DNA from: Clostridiaceae bacterium
GTDB taxonomy: Bacteria; Bacillota; Clostridia; Oscillospirales; Acutalibacteraceae
Direction: 5' to 3'
Assembly: GCA_016292785.1 (NCBI GenBank)
Contig: JAEDFL010000004.1
Span: forward strand, 3,637 to 67,636
Length of the DNA stretch: 64,000 bases
Shown here: positions 1 to 10,148 of the stretch, one piece after another
Layout: each line of letters begins with the position of its first letter
Numbering within the stretch: position 1 is the first letter of the stretch
Translations under genes and position numbers: made by a program
The notes under the pieces: model-generated
The model's input: the letters and a program-made list of their open reading frames with translations, nothing else
What the model was told of the DNA's origin: nothing
Database searches by the model: none

Positions 1-1483
1 CATCGTCGGGAAGTGCAACATAGTAACCCTCGCAGATCTGAATTGTCGGTCCGATACCCTTAACAAGGTTAATGCGAATCATTGTTGCGGGCATCTCGTT
101 CTTCGTAACGAAGCGTGAGGAATATCCGCCGCCGCGGAAATAGCCGTTGTCCGCCGCATTCCATGTTGTTGCCTTGAGCATCTTGTCAACATCCTCCTCG
201 GTAACGTCATACCACGGCTTCATGCAAGGCTCGCCCTTTTCGTTCTTCAGCTCGCCGCAGGCGTCAAGGCAGGACGCACCGGAATTGATGAGATGGAGGA
301 AACCGCCTGCTTCCTTTGCGTGTCCCTCAAGCTCATAGCCTGTAACTCTCTTGACGGAATCTGCGCTCCAATGAGTACGAACATCGGAGAACATTGACGG
401 CTGATTTGTGAGGAGCTTCTGGAAAAGCATTGAAATTCCGTTGAGAACATCGTTCTCCGTTGCAAGGATATACGGCTCTCTTACGCCGTCCCAGTCAAAC
501 GAAGTGTTGAGCAGAGCCTCGGCAAAGTCTGCGTTCGGCCAATGGTCTGTCCACTGACGCTGTCCCTGGAAGCCTGCGGCAATAGCATTGTGACCTGCCA
601 TTTCTTCCTCTCTGCCCTTGGGAAGATTCTTGTTGCCGTTCATAAGATCCTTGATGATAACCATCATCTTGACCGTGAACTCCCAATCCTTTTCTTTCTG
701 CTCGTCCGATTTTCTTACAAATTCGGGGTTCTTATCGAAGCCCTCGGGGCAATGCTCTCTTGTCCACTTGTATGCCTTCTGATATTCTTCCTCGTCATAG
801 ATGTTTTCTTCCATTCGGCGGAGAATTTCAACCTCGTCAACCGACTCAACTCTCATGCCGAGATATTCCTCGATGAAATCGGGATCAATCGAAGATCCTG
901 CGATACCCATGCAGATAGAGCCGATCTGGAGATACGACTTGCCTTTCATTGTTGCAACTGCAACAGCGGCACGTGCAAAGCGAAGAAGCTTCTCCTTAAC
1001 ATCATCGGTGATGTTCTCGGAATCGTCCGCCTCCTGAACCTCTCTGCCGTAGATGCCGAAAGCCGGAAGACCTTTCTGAGCATGAGCGGCAAGAACAGAT
1101 GCAAGGTAAACCGCACCGGGACGCTCTGTTGCGTTGAAGCCCCAAACGCCCTTGATTGTGTTAGGATCCATGTCCATTGTTTCCGAGCCGTAGCACCAGC
1201 AGGGAGTAACGGAAAGAGTTATCGCAACGCCCTCTTTCTTGAACTGCTCGGCGCAGGCGGCTGTCTCGGCAACACGTCCGATAGTCGTGTCGGAGATTAC
1301 TACCTTGACCGGCTCGCCGTTGGAATACCTGAGATTTTCCTCAAAGAGCTTCTTTGCGGCCTTTGCCATTCCCATTGTCTGATCCTCAAGGGATTCTCTA
1401 ACCTTGAGGGGACCTCGTCTTGCGTCAATGATGGGACGGATACCGATTACGGGATATTCGCCCAAATATCTGTTTTCTGCCAT
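1..1483 (-). CDS. fucI: L-fucose isomerase, N-terminal ~494 aa (C-terminus lies beyond the window edge)
   Basis: Manual reverse translation from ATG at 1483..1481 gives [41 protein letters not shown]..., the typical FucI N-terminus. The frame stays open to position 1. RBS AAAGGA lies upstream. It is absent from the ORF track because it runs off the edge. The listed 542..1489 plus-strand ORF is its antisense shadow. Confidence 0.9.
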   Translation of the reverse strand, partial: MAENRYLGEYPVIGIRPIIDARRGPLKVRESLEDQTMGMAKAAKKLFEENLRYSNGEPVKVVISDTTIGRVAETAACAEQFKKEGVAITLSVTPCWCYGSETMDMDPNTIKGVWGFNATERPGAVYLASVLAAHAQKGLPAFGIYGREVQEADDSENITDDVKEKLLRFARAAVAVATMKGKSYLQIGSICMGIAGSSIDPDFIEEYLGMRVESVDEVEILRRMEENIYDEEEYQKAYKWTREHCPEGFDKNPEFVRKSDEQKEKDWEFTVKMMVIIKDLMNGNKNLPKGREEEMAGHNAIAAGFQGQRQWTDHWPNADFAEALLNTSFDWDGVREPYILATENDVLNGISMLFQKLLTNQPSMFSDVRTHWSADSVKRVTGYELEGHAKEAGGFLHLINSGASCLDACGELKNEKGEPCMKPWYDVTEEDVDKMLKATTWNAADNGYFRGGGYSSRFVTKNEMPATMIRINLVKGIGPTIQICEGYYVALPDD

Positions 1484-1558
1484 ATTTAATTCATCCTTTC
1501 GTTGAATTATTTATTTTTTATGTAAATCTGCAAGCAGATTTTTCATTTGTTCATAAGG

Positions 1559-2161
1559 TTATCTGAACTCAACCGAAGCTTCAAAAACCGTGCCGTTTTC
1601 ATTATTTTTAATAACATAAACTTTTGCGCCGGGGAAGGATGAGCCAACACGATAATAGCGTATGTTCCTCTCATGAATGTCTTCAGTCCAGTCTCCCTCT
1701 CCGAGCAATTCAATAACCTCAGAAACATTCATACCGACAATTTCATATTTTTCTTCGAGATCCAGCAACATATACTGCCGGAGGTTTGGACTTATTTGTA
1801 CGACTTTATCCCAATTCTCAACCGAAAATTCGGTATACGGTTTTGCACAGATTTTTTCTGCGACGTTCATTGCCGGCTTAATTAAAACAATGAGCACCGC
1901 ACAAACTATTGAGGCAATTATTTTCTTTGCTTTTGTTATTTTACCAAACATCGCAAACGCCAGCGAAACAATGGAAGCAACAAGAATAACCGCCAGCATA
2001 ATCTTACAGATATATCCGTATTCGCCGTAGATGATCGAGTCGCCAGCTGCAAAAATTCCGAAGAGGAAGTACAATCCGGCGGTAAATGCCACGAAAACAA
2101 TCAAAAAGATAATTTTCAGAGCAATTTTCATTCCCTTTTTCTTATCCATTTTATTCCTCAC
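1559..2161 (-). CDS. hypothetical membrane protein (three predicted N-terminal TM helices plus a soluble C-terminal domain)
   Basis: 200-aa ORF sitting between the FGGY kinase and fucI on the same strand. The N-terminal half is hydrophobic (FLIVFVAFTAGLYFLFGIFAAG, IMLAVILVASIVSLAFAMFG, IIASIVCAVLIVLI). I recognise no family. Confidence 0.6.
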   Translation of the reverse strand: MRNKMDKKKGMKIALKIIFLIVFVAFTAGLYFLFGIFAAGDSIIYGEYGYICKIMLAVILVASIVSLAFAMFGKITKAKKIIASIVCAVLIVLIKPAMNVAEKICAKPYTEFSVENWDKVVQISPNLRQYMLLDLEEKYEIVGMNVSEVIELLGEGDWTEDIHERNIRYYRVGSSFPGAKVYVIKNNENGTVFEASVEFR

Positions 2162-2206
2162 GTTTCAGATACTTCTTATAATCATTTTCCGTATCATTTA
2201 TCTGCC

Positions 2207-3670
2207 TTATACGATTCTCAAAAAGTCCCCGTAAGCCTCTGCCCACTTGTCCGTGTCTTTCGGCTCATAGGTTTTCAGCTCGGAGGAGTCGGCAACGATT
2301 TTTCTTGCCTGTCCGATATTCTCAACCGAGCCGTCCGACATAAGCTGAACGGCAACGTTGCCCATTACGGTTGCTTCGATCGGGCCTGCTTTTACCGTGC
2401 GGTCGCAGGAGTTTGCCGTCATCTGACAAAGCAAGCCGTCCTTTGTTCCTCCGCCGATAACGTGGATAACGGGATAGTCACGCTTTGTACATTCCCTGAG
2501 CTTTTCAAAGGTCAGCCTGTATTTCATCGCAAGGCTTTCGTAGATACAGCGCATAACCTCACCAACGGTCTGCGGAACATGCTGTCCCGTCCTGCGGCAG
2601 AATTCACGCACACGCTCGGGAATGTTTCCGTGAGGAACAAACTCTGGAGCGTCGGGATCAATAAAGCACCTGAAAGGCTCTGCGGCAAGCGCAAGCTTCT
2701 CAAGATCTGCGTAGGAATATTCCTCGCCCTCACGCTTCCATTGACGGCGGCTCTCCTGGATGAGCCAAAGTCCGATTATGTTCTTGAGGAAGCCCGTCGA
2801 ACCGTCAAAACCGCCCTCGTTCGTGATATTTATGTTCATTGAAGTCTCATTGACTATCGGCTTGTCAAGCTCTGTGCCGAAGAGCGACCATGTGCCGCTC
2901 GAAAGGAAAGCAAAATTGCCGTCCTCACACGGGACGGAGGTGATAGCCGACTGGGTGTCGTGACCGCAGACGGAAATAACGGGAACAGGATCAACGCCGC
3001 ATTCCTCGCAGACTTCCTTTGAAAGCTCGCCGAGAACCGTGCCCGGCTGAACGAGCGGAGCAAAAAGAGATTTCTTTATTCCGAAAGCGTCAAGAATTTC
3101 CTCCGACCATGACTTTGTTTCAAGGTCAATGAGCTGTGACGTGGAGGCTATCGAGTATTCGGCACACATCTTGCCCGTGAGCATATATCCGAAAAGGTCG
3201 GGCATAAAGAGCATTTTATCAGCTCTCTCAAGCATCCACGGTCTGTATTTTTTGAGTGATATGAGCTGAAAAAGGGTGTTCAGCTCCATAAACTGAATTC
3301 CCGTGATACCGTAAAGCTTTTCTTTCGGCATTGTTTTGAACGACTCATCGACAAGTCCGGCCGTTCTTGTGTCACGGTAGTGGACGGGGTTTTCCATAAG
3401 CTTGCCCTCGGAGTCGATAAGTCCGAAGTCAACGCCCCATGTGTCAATGCCGATCGAATCAAAGCCGCCGGCGATCTTCGCCTTGACAATGCCCTGCTTG
3501 ATCTCGTAGAAAAGGCGCAGAACATCCCAGTAAACCGTACCTCCCACGCTTACGGGATCGTTTGAGAAGCGGTGTACCTCCTCAAGCGTGATTTTATCGC
3601 CGTCGAAACAGCCGATTATCGCTCTGCCGCTTGAAGCACCGAAATCAAAGGCTAAAACTCTCTTAGTCAT
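2207..3670 (-). CDS. FGGY-family sugar kinase, rhamnulokinase/L-fuculokinase type
   Basis: 487 aa. N-terminal AFDFGASSGRAI phosphate-1 motif and RhaB-like layout. It overlaps the fucU stop by 8 nt and lies in the fucose operon, so L-fuculokinase is the likely role. Confidence 0.85.
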   Translation of the reverse strand: MTKRVLAFDFGASSGRAIIGCFDGDKITLEEVHRFSNDPVSVGGTVYWDVLRLFYEIKQGIVKAKIAGGFDSIGIDTWGVDFGLIDSEGKLMENPVHYRDTRTAGLVDESFKTMPKEKLYGITGIQFMELNTLFQLISLKKYRPWMLERADKMLFMPDLFGYMLTGKMCAEYSIASTSQLIDLETKSWSEEILDAFGIKKSLFAPLVQPGTVLGELSKEVCEECGVDPVPVISVCGHDTQSAITSVPCEDGNFAFLSSGTWSLFGTELDKPIVNETSMNINITNEGGFDGSTGFLKNIIGLWLIQESRRQWKREGEEYSYADLEKLALAAEPFRCFIDPDAPEFVPHGNIPERVREFCRRTGQHVPQTVGEVMRCIYESLAMKYRLTFEKLRECTKRDYPVIHVIGGGTKDGLLCQMTANSCDRTVKAGPIEATVMGNVAVQLMSDGSVENIGQARKIVADSSELKTYEPKDTDKWAEAYGDFLRIV

Positions 3671-4100
3671 TTATTACAACACCCTTTTGGAGAATTATGT
3701 TTGCATATATTGCGGTCTCGCCCGTTGCAACGATTGCAAAGGCATTCTTCGCCTTGTCATAAAAATCAAAACGCTCGATCAGACCGATCTGCTTGTCCCC
3801 CTCGTTTTTGGCAACAATTTCCTTGTAGGTTTCCCAGATCTCGGGACGGTTGTCGGGATCGCCGTTATCCATAAGGGATACGGGAGCGTCAACATAGGTA
3901 TCAAGAGGCATAAGCTTGAGAATTGCGTCAAGTATCTCAGGCACGCCGTGACCGTCAAGACGGACAAGACGCTTTGCATTTGTTGCGGCAGGGAAGTTGC
4001 CGTCGCCGATTACGATATAATCGCCGTGTCCCATTTCCATAAGTATTTTCAAAAGCTCCGGTGAAAGAACAGACGGTATGTTTTTAAGCACGTCAAGCAC
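3663..4100 (-). CDS. fucU: L-fucose mutarotase (RbsD/FucU family)
   Basis: 145 aa. MLDVLKNIPSVLSPELLKILMEMGHGDYIVIGDGNFPA is the RbsD/FucU signature. It is the first gene of the minus-strand fucose operon. Confidence 0.85.
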   Translation of the reverse strand: MLDVLKNIPSVLSPELLKILMEMGHGDYIVIGDGNFPAATNAKRLVRLDGHGVPEILDAILKLMPLDTYVDAPVSLMDNGDPDNRPEIWETYKEIVAKNEGDKQIGLIERFDFYDKAKNAFAIVATGETAIYANIILQKGVVIND

Positions 4101-4266
4101 TCCTTTTTTCTATATTTAATTCATTATAACTGAAATCAAATTAAAAATAAAGGGAATTGACTGAAAAAGTTCCATAAATTTGTGAATCTTTTTTTGTTGA
4201 GAATATGGGAGAAAACTAAATCCGACCATGGTAATGTTGCACAAAAAACAAGCCGAAGTTTGTACG

Positions 4267-4295
4267 TTGACGAAATTTCCGTTTTGAGTTATAAT
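4267..4295 (+). promoter_or_regulatory. sigma-A type promoter for the secreted phosphoesterase gene
   Basis: TTGACG (4267-4272), a 17-nt spacer, then TATAAT (4290-4295), about 60 nt upstream of the ATG at 4354. Confidence 0.55.
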
Positions 4296-4353
4296 AATAC
4301 ATAATAATGGCAGTATTTCTGCCGTGTTAAATTTCCATTTCGGAGGTATATTT

Positions 4354-5844
4354 ATGAAAAAGATGTCCACAAAAATTATCTCCGTTATCCTTTGTCTTTG
4401 CATGGTCTTCGGCTGTTCTGCCATTGCCACCTCCGCAGAGGAAACAACGGATACGGTGACGAGAGTAAGCGTTTCATTCAACGGCGACTCTCAGACCTCA
4501 AGGGGCTTCTGCTGGTACACCGAGACCTATACAAGAAGCGATGTTCAGATCGTTAAGACCGCTGAATTTAACGGCAGCTTTGCCAATGCCGAGACCTACT
4601 CCGCAGGCAATGTTTACGAGTTCCGTGATCTCTACTGCCATAAGGTAACCGTTTCAAACCTTGAGCCGGGCACAGCCTATACATACCGGGTAGGCGACAA
4701 GTCGCTCGAGCTCTGGAGCGAAAACGGCACATTCAGAACCGATGACGGCGACAGCAAATTCTCGTTCATCTCCATTGCAGACGTTCAGGCAAGCAGCGAT
4801 GAAAACTTTGCTCAGTCGGCTAAGACCTTGAAGGGTGCGCTTGCTACTCTCCCGAACTCCGAATTTGTTGTCAATCTCGGCGACTTCGTAAATGACGACA
4901 CCAACGACGAGTGGAACTGGTATTTCAACAACTTCGCTTTTGCAAATATGAACACCACGATCGCTCCCGTTGCAGGCAACCACGACGGAAACATCACCAA
5001 CAAGCTGAACATCAACGTTTTCAACTCTATGTTCAATCTCAGCAATCCGAACACCGAGTCGAACACAAACTGGGTGAACGGCGTTTACTATTCCTTTGAC
5101 TACGGCAACGCTCACTTCGCCGTTCTCAACACCAACGATATGTATCCGATGACTCAGTCGCAGAGAAACTGGCTTGTTAACGATATGAGCAAGTCCGACG
5201 CAGACTGGAAATTCGTTCTTATGCACAGAGCGGCTTACTCCGAGGGCAAGAACATCAACAAGCCCGATACAATCATTATGAGAGACGTTCTTCTTCCTCT
5301 CTTTGACGAGCTTGACATTGATATGGTTTATGCAGGTCATGACCATGTTTATTACAGATCGCTCCAGGTTAAGGGAGATCAGCCCGTTGCAGATGTAACA
5401 TATGTTACCGAGAACTTCAACGGCGAGCAGACCACCTTTGCTCTCAATCCCGAGGGAACGGTACACATCGTGCCCGCTACGGCAGGAACAAAGAGATACA
5501 CCGTTCACGACGCTATTGATCCTATTCCCGACTGCTGCGCTTTCCGTCTTTCCACAAGAGGTCTTGGCGGCTGCTTTATGACGACCGAGATCGACGGCGG
5601 CAAGCTTGTTATCAAGTCCTATCTTGTTGACGACGAAACTCAGGAGATCACTCTCATTGATCAGTACGCTATCAAGAAAGATGTCGGACAGAATAAACCG
5701 GCAGAGGACTACGAGGATCTTCCGACCGACAACGTTTCCAACATCGGAAACTATGTAAAGAATTTGGTAACCGCCATAGTTAATATGCTTGCCAAATATC
5801 TCTTCGTTCTTGTTCCTCAGCTTATCAAGAACGCTATAAAATAA
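4354..5844 (+). CDS. secreted calcineurin-like metallophosphoesterase with a purple-acid-phosphatase N-terminal domain
   Basis: Start chosen at MKKMSTKIISVILCLCMVFGCSAIA (signal peptide, GGAGGT RBS). Motifs GDFVND, GNHD and GHDHVY. The N-terminal beta domain ends in the PAP-like GTAYTYRVGD. The protein ends in an amphipathic tail (see findings). Confidence 0.85.
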   Translation: MKKMSTKIISVILCLCMVFGCSAIATSAEETTDTVTRVSVSFNGDSQTSRGFCWYTETYTRSDVQIVKTAEFNGSFANAETYSAGNVYEFRDLYCHKVTVSNLEPGTAYTYRVGDKSLELWSENGTFRTDDGDSKFSFISIADVQASSDENFAQSAKTLKGALATLPNSEFVVNLGDFVNDDTNDEWNWYFNNFAFANMNTTIAPVAGNHDGNITNKLNINVFNSMFNLSNPNTESNTNWVNGVYYSFDYGNAHFAVLNTNDMYPMTQSQRNWLVNDMSKSDADWKFVLMHRAAYSEGKNINKPDTIIMRDVLLPLFDELDIDMVYAGHDHVYYRSLQVKGDQPVADVTYVTENFNGEQTTFALNPEGTVHIVPATAGTKRYTVHDAIDPIPDCCAFRLSTRGLGGCFMTTEIDGGKLVIKSYLVDDETQEITLIDQYAIKKDVGQNKPAEDYEDLPTDNVSNIGNYVKNLVTAIVNMLAKYLFVLVPQLIKNAIK

Positions 5845-5850
5845 GAGTTT

Positions 5851-5900
5851 AAAAATAAATCTGCAAGCCGTCCGAAAGGATAGCTTGCAGATTTTTATTT
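5851..5900. terminator. bidirectional rho-independent terminator between convergent genes
   Basis: Stem TCTGCAAGC (5860-5868) pairs with GCTTGCAGA (5884-5892). An A-run lies upstream and a T-run downstream. Confidence 0.7.
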
Positions 5901-5917
5901 ATCTGATTTTTGTAAAA

Positions 5918-7255
5918 TCAATACTTTGCAAGGTAATTGTCGATCTCCCACTGTGAGATGCTGGTGCGGTAGCTGTCCCACTCACGGCGTTTTGCCTCGA
6001 TGAACTTGGTGTAAACGTGCTCGCCGAGAGCCTGCTTGATAAAGTCGCTTGCCTCGAACTCGTCGATAGCCTCCTCAAGCGTGCCGGGAAGCGATTCAAT
6101 GTTCGCCGCCTTGCGTTCGTCCTCGCTCATATCGAAGATGTTCTTGACGGTCGATTCGGGCGGCATATAGCCCTTTTCAATTCCGTCAAGACCTGCCAAC
6201 AGGCAGAGCGCCATTTCAAGATACGGGTTGCAGGAGGGATCTGCGCTTCTCAGCTCAACTCTTGTTCCCTTGCCTCTTGCGGCAGGAACACGGACAAGAG
6301 CCGAACGGTTGGACGCCGACCATGCAATGTAAACGGGAGCTTCGTAGCCCGGAACAAGTCTCTTGTAAGAATTGACAAGCGGATTGTTGACCGCAGTTGT
6401 CGCCTTGATGTGCTTCATAATACCTGCAACGAAGTGCAAGGCTGTTTCGGAAAGACCGTACTTGCCGTTCGGATCGCAGAAAACATTGTTGCCGTCCTTG
6501 TCAAAGAGGGACATATTCGTGTGCATACCCGAGCCTGCGATACCGAAGATCGGCTTAGGCATAAAGGTTGCATAGAGGTTGTGAAGCTGTGCGTATTTTT
6601 TAACGACATACTTGAAAGTCATAACCTTGTCGGCAACGGTGAGAACGTCGCCGTACTTGAAGTCGATCTCGTGCTGACCTTCGGCACATTCGTGGTGGGA
6701 AGCCTCGATCTCGAAGCCCATATCCTCAAGGGCAACGCACATATCACGGCGGCAGTCTCCGCCGAGGTCAACGTTGTCAAGGTCGAAATAGCCTGCCTTG
6801 TCGTGGGTTTTGGTTGTCGGTCTGCCCTCGTCGTCCGTGTGGAAAAGGAAGAACTCAAGCTCGGGACCTACGTTGAACTTGTAGCCCATATCGTCCGCTT
6901 TTTTGATTGCTCTTTTAAGAACATTTCTCGGATCGCCCGTGAACGGAGTCCTGTCGGAACAGTAAACGTCGCAGATCAGACGTGCCGTCTTTCCTTCGGA
7001 CATATGATTCCAAGGAAGAACGACGAACGAATCGTAGTCGGGATAAAGATACATATCCGACTCCTCGATGCGGACGAAGCCTTCGATTGAAGATCCGTCT
7101 GTCATACATTCGTTGTCGAGAGCTTTTTCAAGCTGGTTGACGGTGATAGCAACGTTTTTCATACAGCCCAGAATATCTGTAAACTGAAGCCGTACAAATC
7201 GAACGTTCTGCTCCCTTGCCATCTTGAGGATGTCCTCTTTGGTGTACTTACTCAT
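5918..7255 (-). CDS. glnA: glutamine synthetase, type I
   Basis: 445 aa. [38 protein letters not shown], and typical GS-I length and C-terminal motifs. Confidence 0.95.
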   Translation of the reverse strand: MSKYTKEDILKMAREQNVRFVRLQFTDILGCMKNVAITVNQLEKALDNECMTDGSSIEGFVRIEESDMYLYPDYDSFVVLPWNHMSEGKTARLICDVYCSDRTPFTGDPRNVLKRAIKKADDMGYKFNVGPELEFFLFHTDDEGRPTTKTHDKAGYFDLDNVDLGGDCRRDMCVALEDMGFEIEASHHECAEGQHEIDFKYGDVLTVADKVMTFKYVVKKYAQLHNLYATFMPKPIFGIAGSGMHTNMSLFDKDGNNVFCDPNGKYGLSETALHFVAGIMKHIKATTAVNNPLVNSYKRLVPGYEAPVYIAWSASNRSALVRVPAARGKGTRVELRSADPSCNPYLEMALCLLAGLDGIEKGYMPPESTVKNIFDMSEDERKAANIESLPGTLEEAIDEFEASDFIKQALGEHVYTKFIEAKRREWDSYRTSISQWEIDNYLAKY

Positions 7256-7283
7256 AATTGATTATACCTCTCATTCGGTTTAT

Positions 7284-7871
7284 TTAGTTCATTTCATCAA
7301 GAGTCAGGCTGTAGCTCGGAAGAAAATCCTCCATAAAGCACCTGACCTCGGGCATATCAAGCTCCTCAAGCGATTTGAGATTGGTTTTCGCCGCCTTGTC
7401 AAAGTCATGGTTGCCTGCCTTTGCCTCCTCAACACATTTCGTATAGGCGCAGATCTTGTCCGCCGCCTTGACGAATTTCCAAAGCTGACGATCCTCCTCC
7501 TGCTTGATAAAGAAAGGCTTGTATTCCTCACGGAGATCCTCCGGGATCATATCGAGCAGAGCCTTGCACGCATCGTCCTCAACGCAGTTGAAAGCGTCAC
7601 GGATCTGCTTGCTGTAATATTTTACGGGAGTCGGCATATCACCCGTTATGATTTCGGGCGCATCGTGGAAAACTCCGAGCACGGCTGTGCGCTCGGCATT
7701 GACATTGCCGCCGAAGCGTTTGTTGTGCAGAACGGCAAGCGAATGCGCAACCGTTGCGACCTCAAGCGAATGTTCGCTGATGTTTTCCATATGGGTGTTT
7801 CTCATCAGCGCCCAGCGGTTTATAAATTTCATTCTTGAAAGCATTGCAAAAAAATGATACTTTTTGCCCAT
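7284..7871 (-). CDS. HD-domain 5'-deoxynucleotidase (YfbR-like)
   Basis: Start taken at the internal MGKKYHFFAMLSRMKFINRWALMRN. The ISEHSLEVA...HD.PE pattern matches the YfbR family. The 20 codons upstream in the track ORF look like non-coding read-through. Confidence 0.8.
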   Translation of the reverse strand: MGKKYHFFAMLSRMKFINRWALMRNTHMENISEHSLEVATVAHSLAVLHNKRFGGNVNAERTAVLGVFHDAPEIITGDMPTPVKYYSKQIRDAFNCVEDDACKALLDMIPEDLREEYKPFFIKQEEDRQLWKFVKAADKICAYTKCVEEAKAGNHDFDKAAKTNLKSLEELDMPEVRCFMEDFLPSYSLTLDEMN

Positions 7872-8000
7872 TAAAACACCTTCTGTGTCAGTAGTATAAA
7901 AAATTTTAACATAGGTCGCCGTCTTTTGCAAGGAAATTCTTTCTTTTTTCTTTTTTGTGTGTTACAATCAGTATATAATTACTGAATCGAGGGTGTTCGT

Positions 8001-8972
8001 ATGAATTTTACCGAAATAAATAACAACGGAACGGTTGAAGGCTTTTGCCTTGTAAAAAATCTTGAGGTCAAAAAAACGGCAAAGGGAATACCTTATCTTG
8101 ACCTTATCCTGACGGACAGCTCAGGCGAGATCGGCGCAAAGCTCTGGGACTACAAGGAGGAAAACCACGGCTTTATAAAGCAAAATTCGCTTTTAAAGGT
8201 CAGAGGCTCAATTTCTGTTTTCAACGACGCACCGCAGATGCGGCTTGACAGGGTGCGGCTTGCAACAGAAGCCGACGGAGTGCGTATCGAGGATTATGTT
8301 CCGAGCGCCGATTACAGCGGCGAAGCGATGTATTCGACGATTGTCGATATCGTGAACGACTTTGAAAACGCTCAGCTCAAAACCCTTGTTATGACTGTGC
8401 TGGAGCAGAACAAAACTGCGATGCTCTACTGGCCTGCGGCGTTCAAGCTCCACCACGCTATCAGAGGCGGACTGCTCTACCACACTCTTTCAATTTTGAG
8501 AATGGCGCAGAGCGTTGCTCAGATCTATCCCTGCGTGGAAAAGGATCTGCTGTTTTCGGGAGTTATCCTGCACGATATTGCAAAAATTACCGAATTTGAT
8601 GTTTCCGAAACAGGCATAGCTTCAGGCTATACTGCTGAGGGAACGCTGATCGGTCATCTTGTCAAGGGTGCAATGAACATTGAAAAAATCGGCGAGGAGC
8701 TTGGCACGGACAGAGAGCTGTTGACTCTCGTTGAGCATATGGTAATCTCCCACCACGGCGAGCCGGAATTCGGCGCGGCGGTCAGGCCGATGTTCCTTGA
8801 GGCTGATATCCTTGCACAGCTTGACCTACTTGACGCAAGGATTTATGAGATATCGCAGGCGGTTTCCGAGGTGGAGTCGGGCGAGTTTACGCCGAGACAG
8901 TGGGCGCTTGACAACAGGAAGCTTTACAATCACGGACTTAAAGAGATCAAGCCCAAAGCGGAACTTTTGTGA
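8001..8972 (+). CDS. yhaM: 3'-5' exoribonuclease YhaM (OB-fold plus HD domain)
   Basis: 323 aa. An N-terminal OB-fold segment (FCLVKNLEVKKTAKGIPYLDLILTDSSGEIGAKLWDY) is followed by HD-domain motifs (LYHTLS, VILHDIAK). Confidence 0.85.
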   Translation: MNFTEINNNGTVEGFCLVKNLEVKKTAKGIPYLDLILTDSSGEIGAKLWDYKEENHGFIKQNSLLKVRGSISVFNDAPQMRLDRVRLATEADGVRIEDYVPSADYSGEAMYSTIVDIVNDFENAQLKTLVMTVLEQNKTAMLYWPAAFKLHHAIRGGLLYHTLSILRMAQSVAQIYPCVEKDLLFSGVILHDIAKITEFDVSETGIASGYTAEGTLIGHLVKGAMNIEKIGEELGTDRELLTLVEHMVISHHGEPEFGAAVRPMFLEADILAQLDLLDARIYEISQAVSEVESGEFTPRQWALDNRKLYNHGLKEIKPKAELL

Positions 8973-9017
8973 GAGAAAAATCAGCATTTACCATAATAAA
9001 ATCAGGGAGGCTTTTAT

Positions 9018-10133
9018 ATGAAAAAGTTACTCAGCATCTTTTTGGCGGCTGTAATTTTTGCAGGGTGTACCGCAACGGCATTTGCACAGCAGGACAACAC
9101 ATTTACGGGCGAGCTGAACGTTATCTCCTTTAATGTTGACGGACTGCCCGTGCCGTCGTTTCTGTCCTCGACAAAGAGGAACGCTGTCACCGCAACAAAG
9201 CTTATCGCACAGCAGATCAATTTCACGGACTGCGATATTCTCTGCGTTCAGGAGGATTTCAATTTTCACTCGATTTTGAAAAACAATCTTGATATGGAGT
9301 ATGCCACCGAGACAAGCGGCGGTGCGGCGATTGGTGATGGGCTGAACTTTTTCTCGAAATATCCGATATACAACGTCGGCAGGGTTGCGTGGGAGTCCGC
9401 ATACGGAGTTTACGGCTGCGGAATGGACGAGCTGACGCCGAAAGGTATTCTCTATTGCACGGTTGAGATCGCCGACGGAGTTTACATTGATGTTTACAAT
9501 ATCCATGCCGACGCATGGGAGGACGACAACTCAATGCAGGCTAAGTCTGATCAGTTCGATCAGCTCATTGAGCTTGTTGAAGAACATTCGGGAACGGACA
9601 GGGCGGTCATACTGACAGGTGATTTCAACACAAACTATGCCGTTTTCCGTGAGGGCTATCAGAGCGGACGCTATAAGATTGACCTTTGCCAAAAGCTGTT
9701 GGACAATTTCATCGGTCACGGCTTCAAGGACGCATGGGTGGAGTACAACAACGGCGGAGATTACAGCTTTACCTATGCCGAAATGGCTGAACGCTACGGC
9801 TGTGCGTATCCACGCTCATGGGATACGCTTGACCACGTTTATTACCGTGACGGTGCAGGAGTTTCGTTCGAGCTTGCCGAGGCGGTGTATGAGGGCTTCG
9901 ACTGTGACGGAATAACCTGGGACGGACACCTCTCCGATCATGCGGCGGTTGTTACGAAGCTTGAATACACGGTCGATCCCGATGAAACAATATCGCCGGA
10001 GAACAAACAAACAGAGCAATTCAACCTCGGCGAATACATCGCAAATGCAATTAAAACGTTCTCCGCAACGCTGGTTAAGGCTATAATCAACCTGCCCGAT
10101 CTGATTATAAACGGATTGGACTGGCTTAAATAA
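9018..10133 (+). CDS. secreted endonuclease/exonuclease/phosphatase (EEP) family protein, sphingomyelinase-C-like
   Basis: Signal peptide MKKLLSIFLAAVIFAGCTATAFA. EEP motifs SFNVDG, CVQED, LTGDFN and LSDHAAV. KGILYCTVEIADGVYIDVYNIHADA resembles the bacterial SMase C core. It has a C-terminal amphipathic tail. Confidence 0.75.
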   Translation: MKKLLSIFLAAVIFAGCTATAFAQQDNTFTGELNVISFNVDGLPVPSFLSSTKRNAVTATKLIAQQINFTDCDILCVQEDFNFHSILKNNLDMEYATETSGGAAIGDGLNFFSKYPIYNVGRVAWESAYGVYGCGMDELTPKGILYCTVEIADGVYIDVYNIHADAWEDDNSMQAKSDQFDQLIELVEEHSGTDRAVILTGDFNTNYAVFREGYQSGRYKIDLCQKLLDNFIGHGFKDAWVEYNNGGDYSFTYAEMAERYGCAYPRSWDTLDHVYYRDGAGVSFELAEAVYEGFDCDGITWDGHLSDHAAVVTKLEYTVDPDETISPENKQTEQFNLGEYIANAIKTFSATLVKAIINLPDLIINGLDWLK

Positions 10134-10148
10134 AGGATAGGAGCAAAT

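Noticed and set aside
542-1489. 315-aa plus-strand ORF from the track
   Set aside because: It lies antisense to a clean L-fucose isomerase reading frame. Its sequence is Cys/Leu-rich and low in complexity, with no motif and no RBS.
6017-7090. 357-aa plus-strand ORF
   Set aside because: It is antisense to glnA, which is unambiguous.
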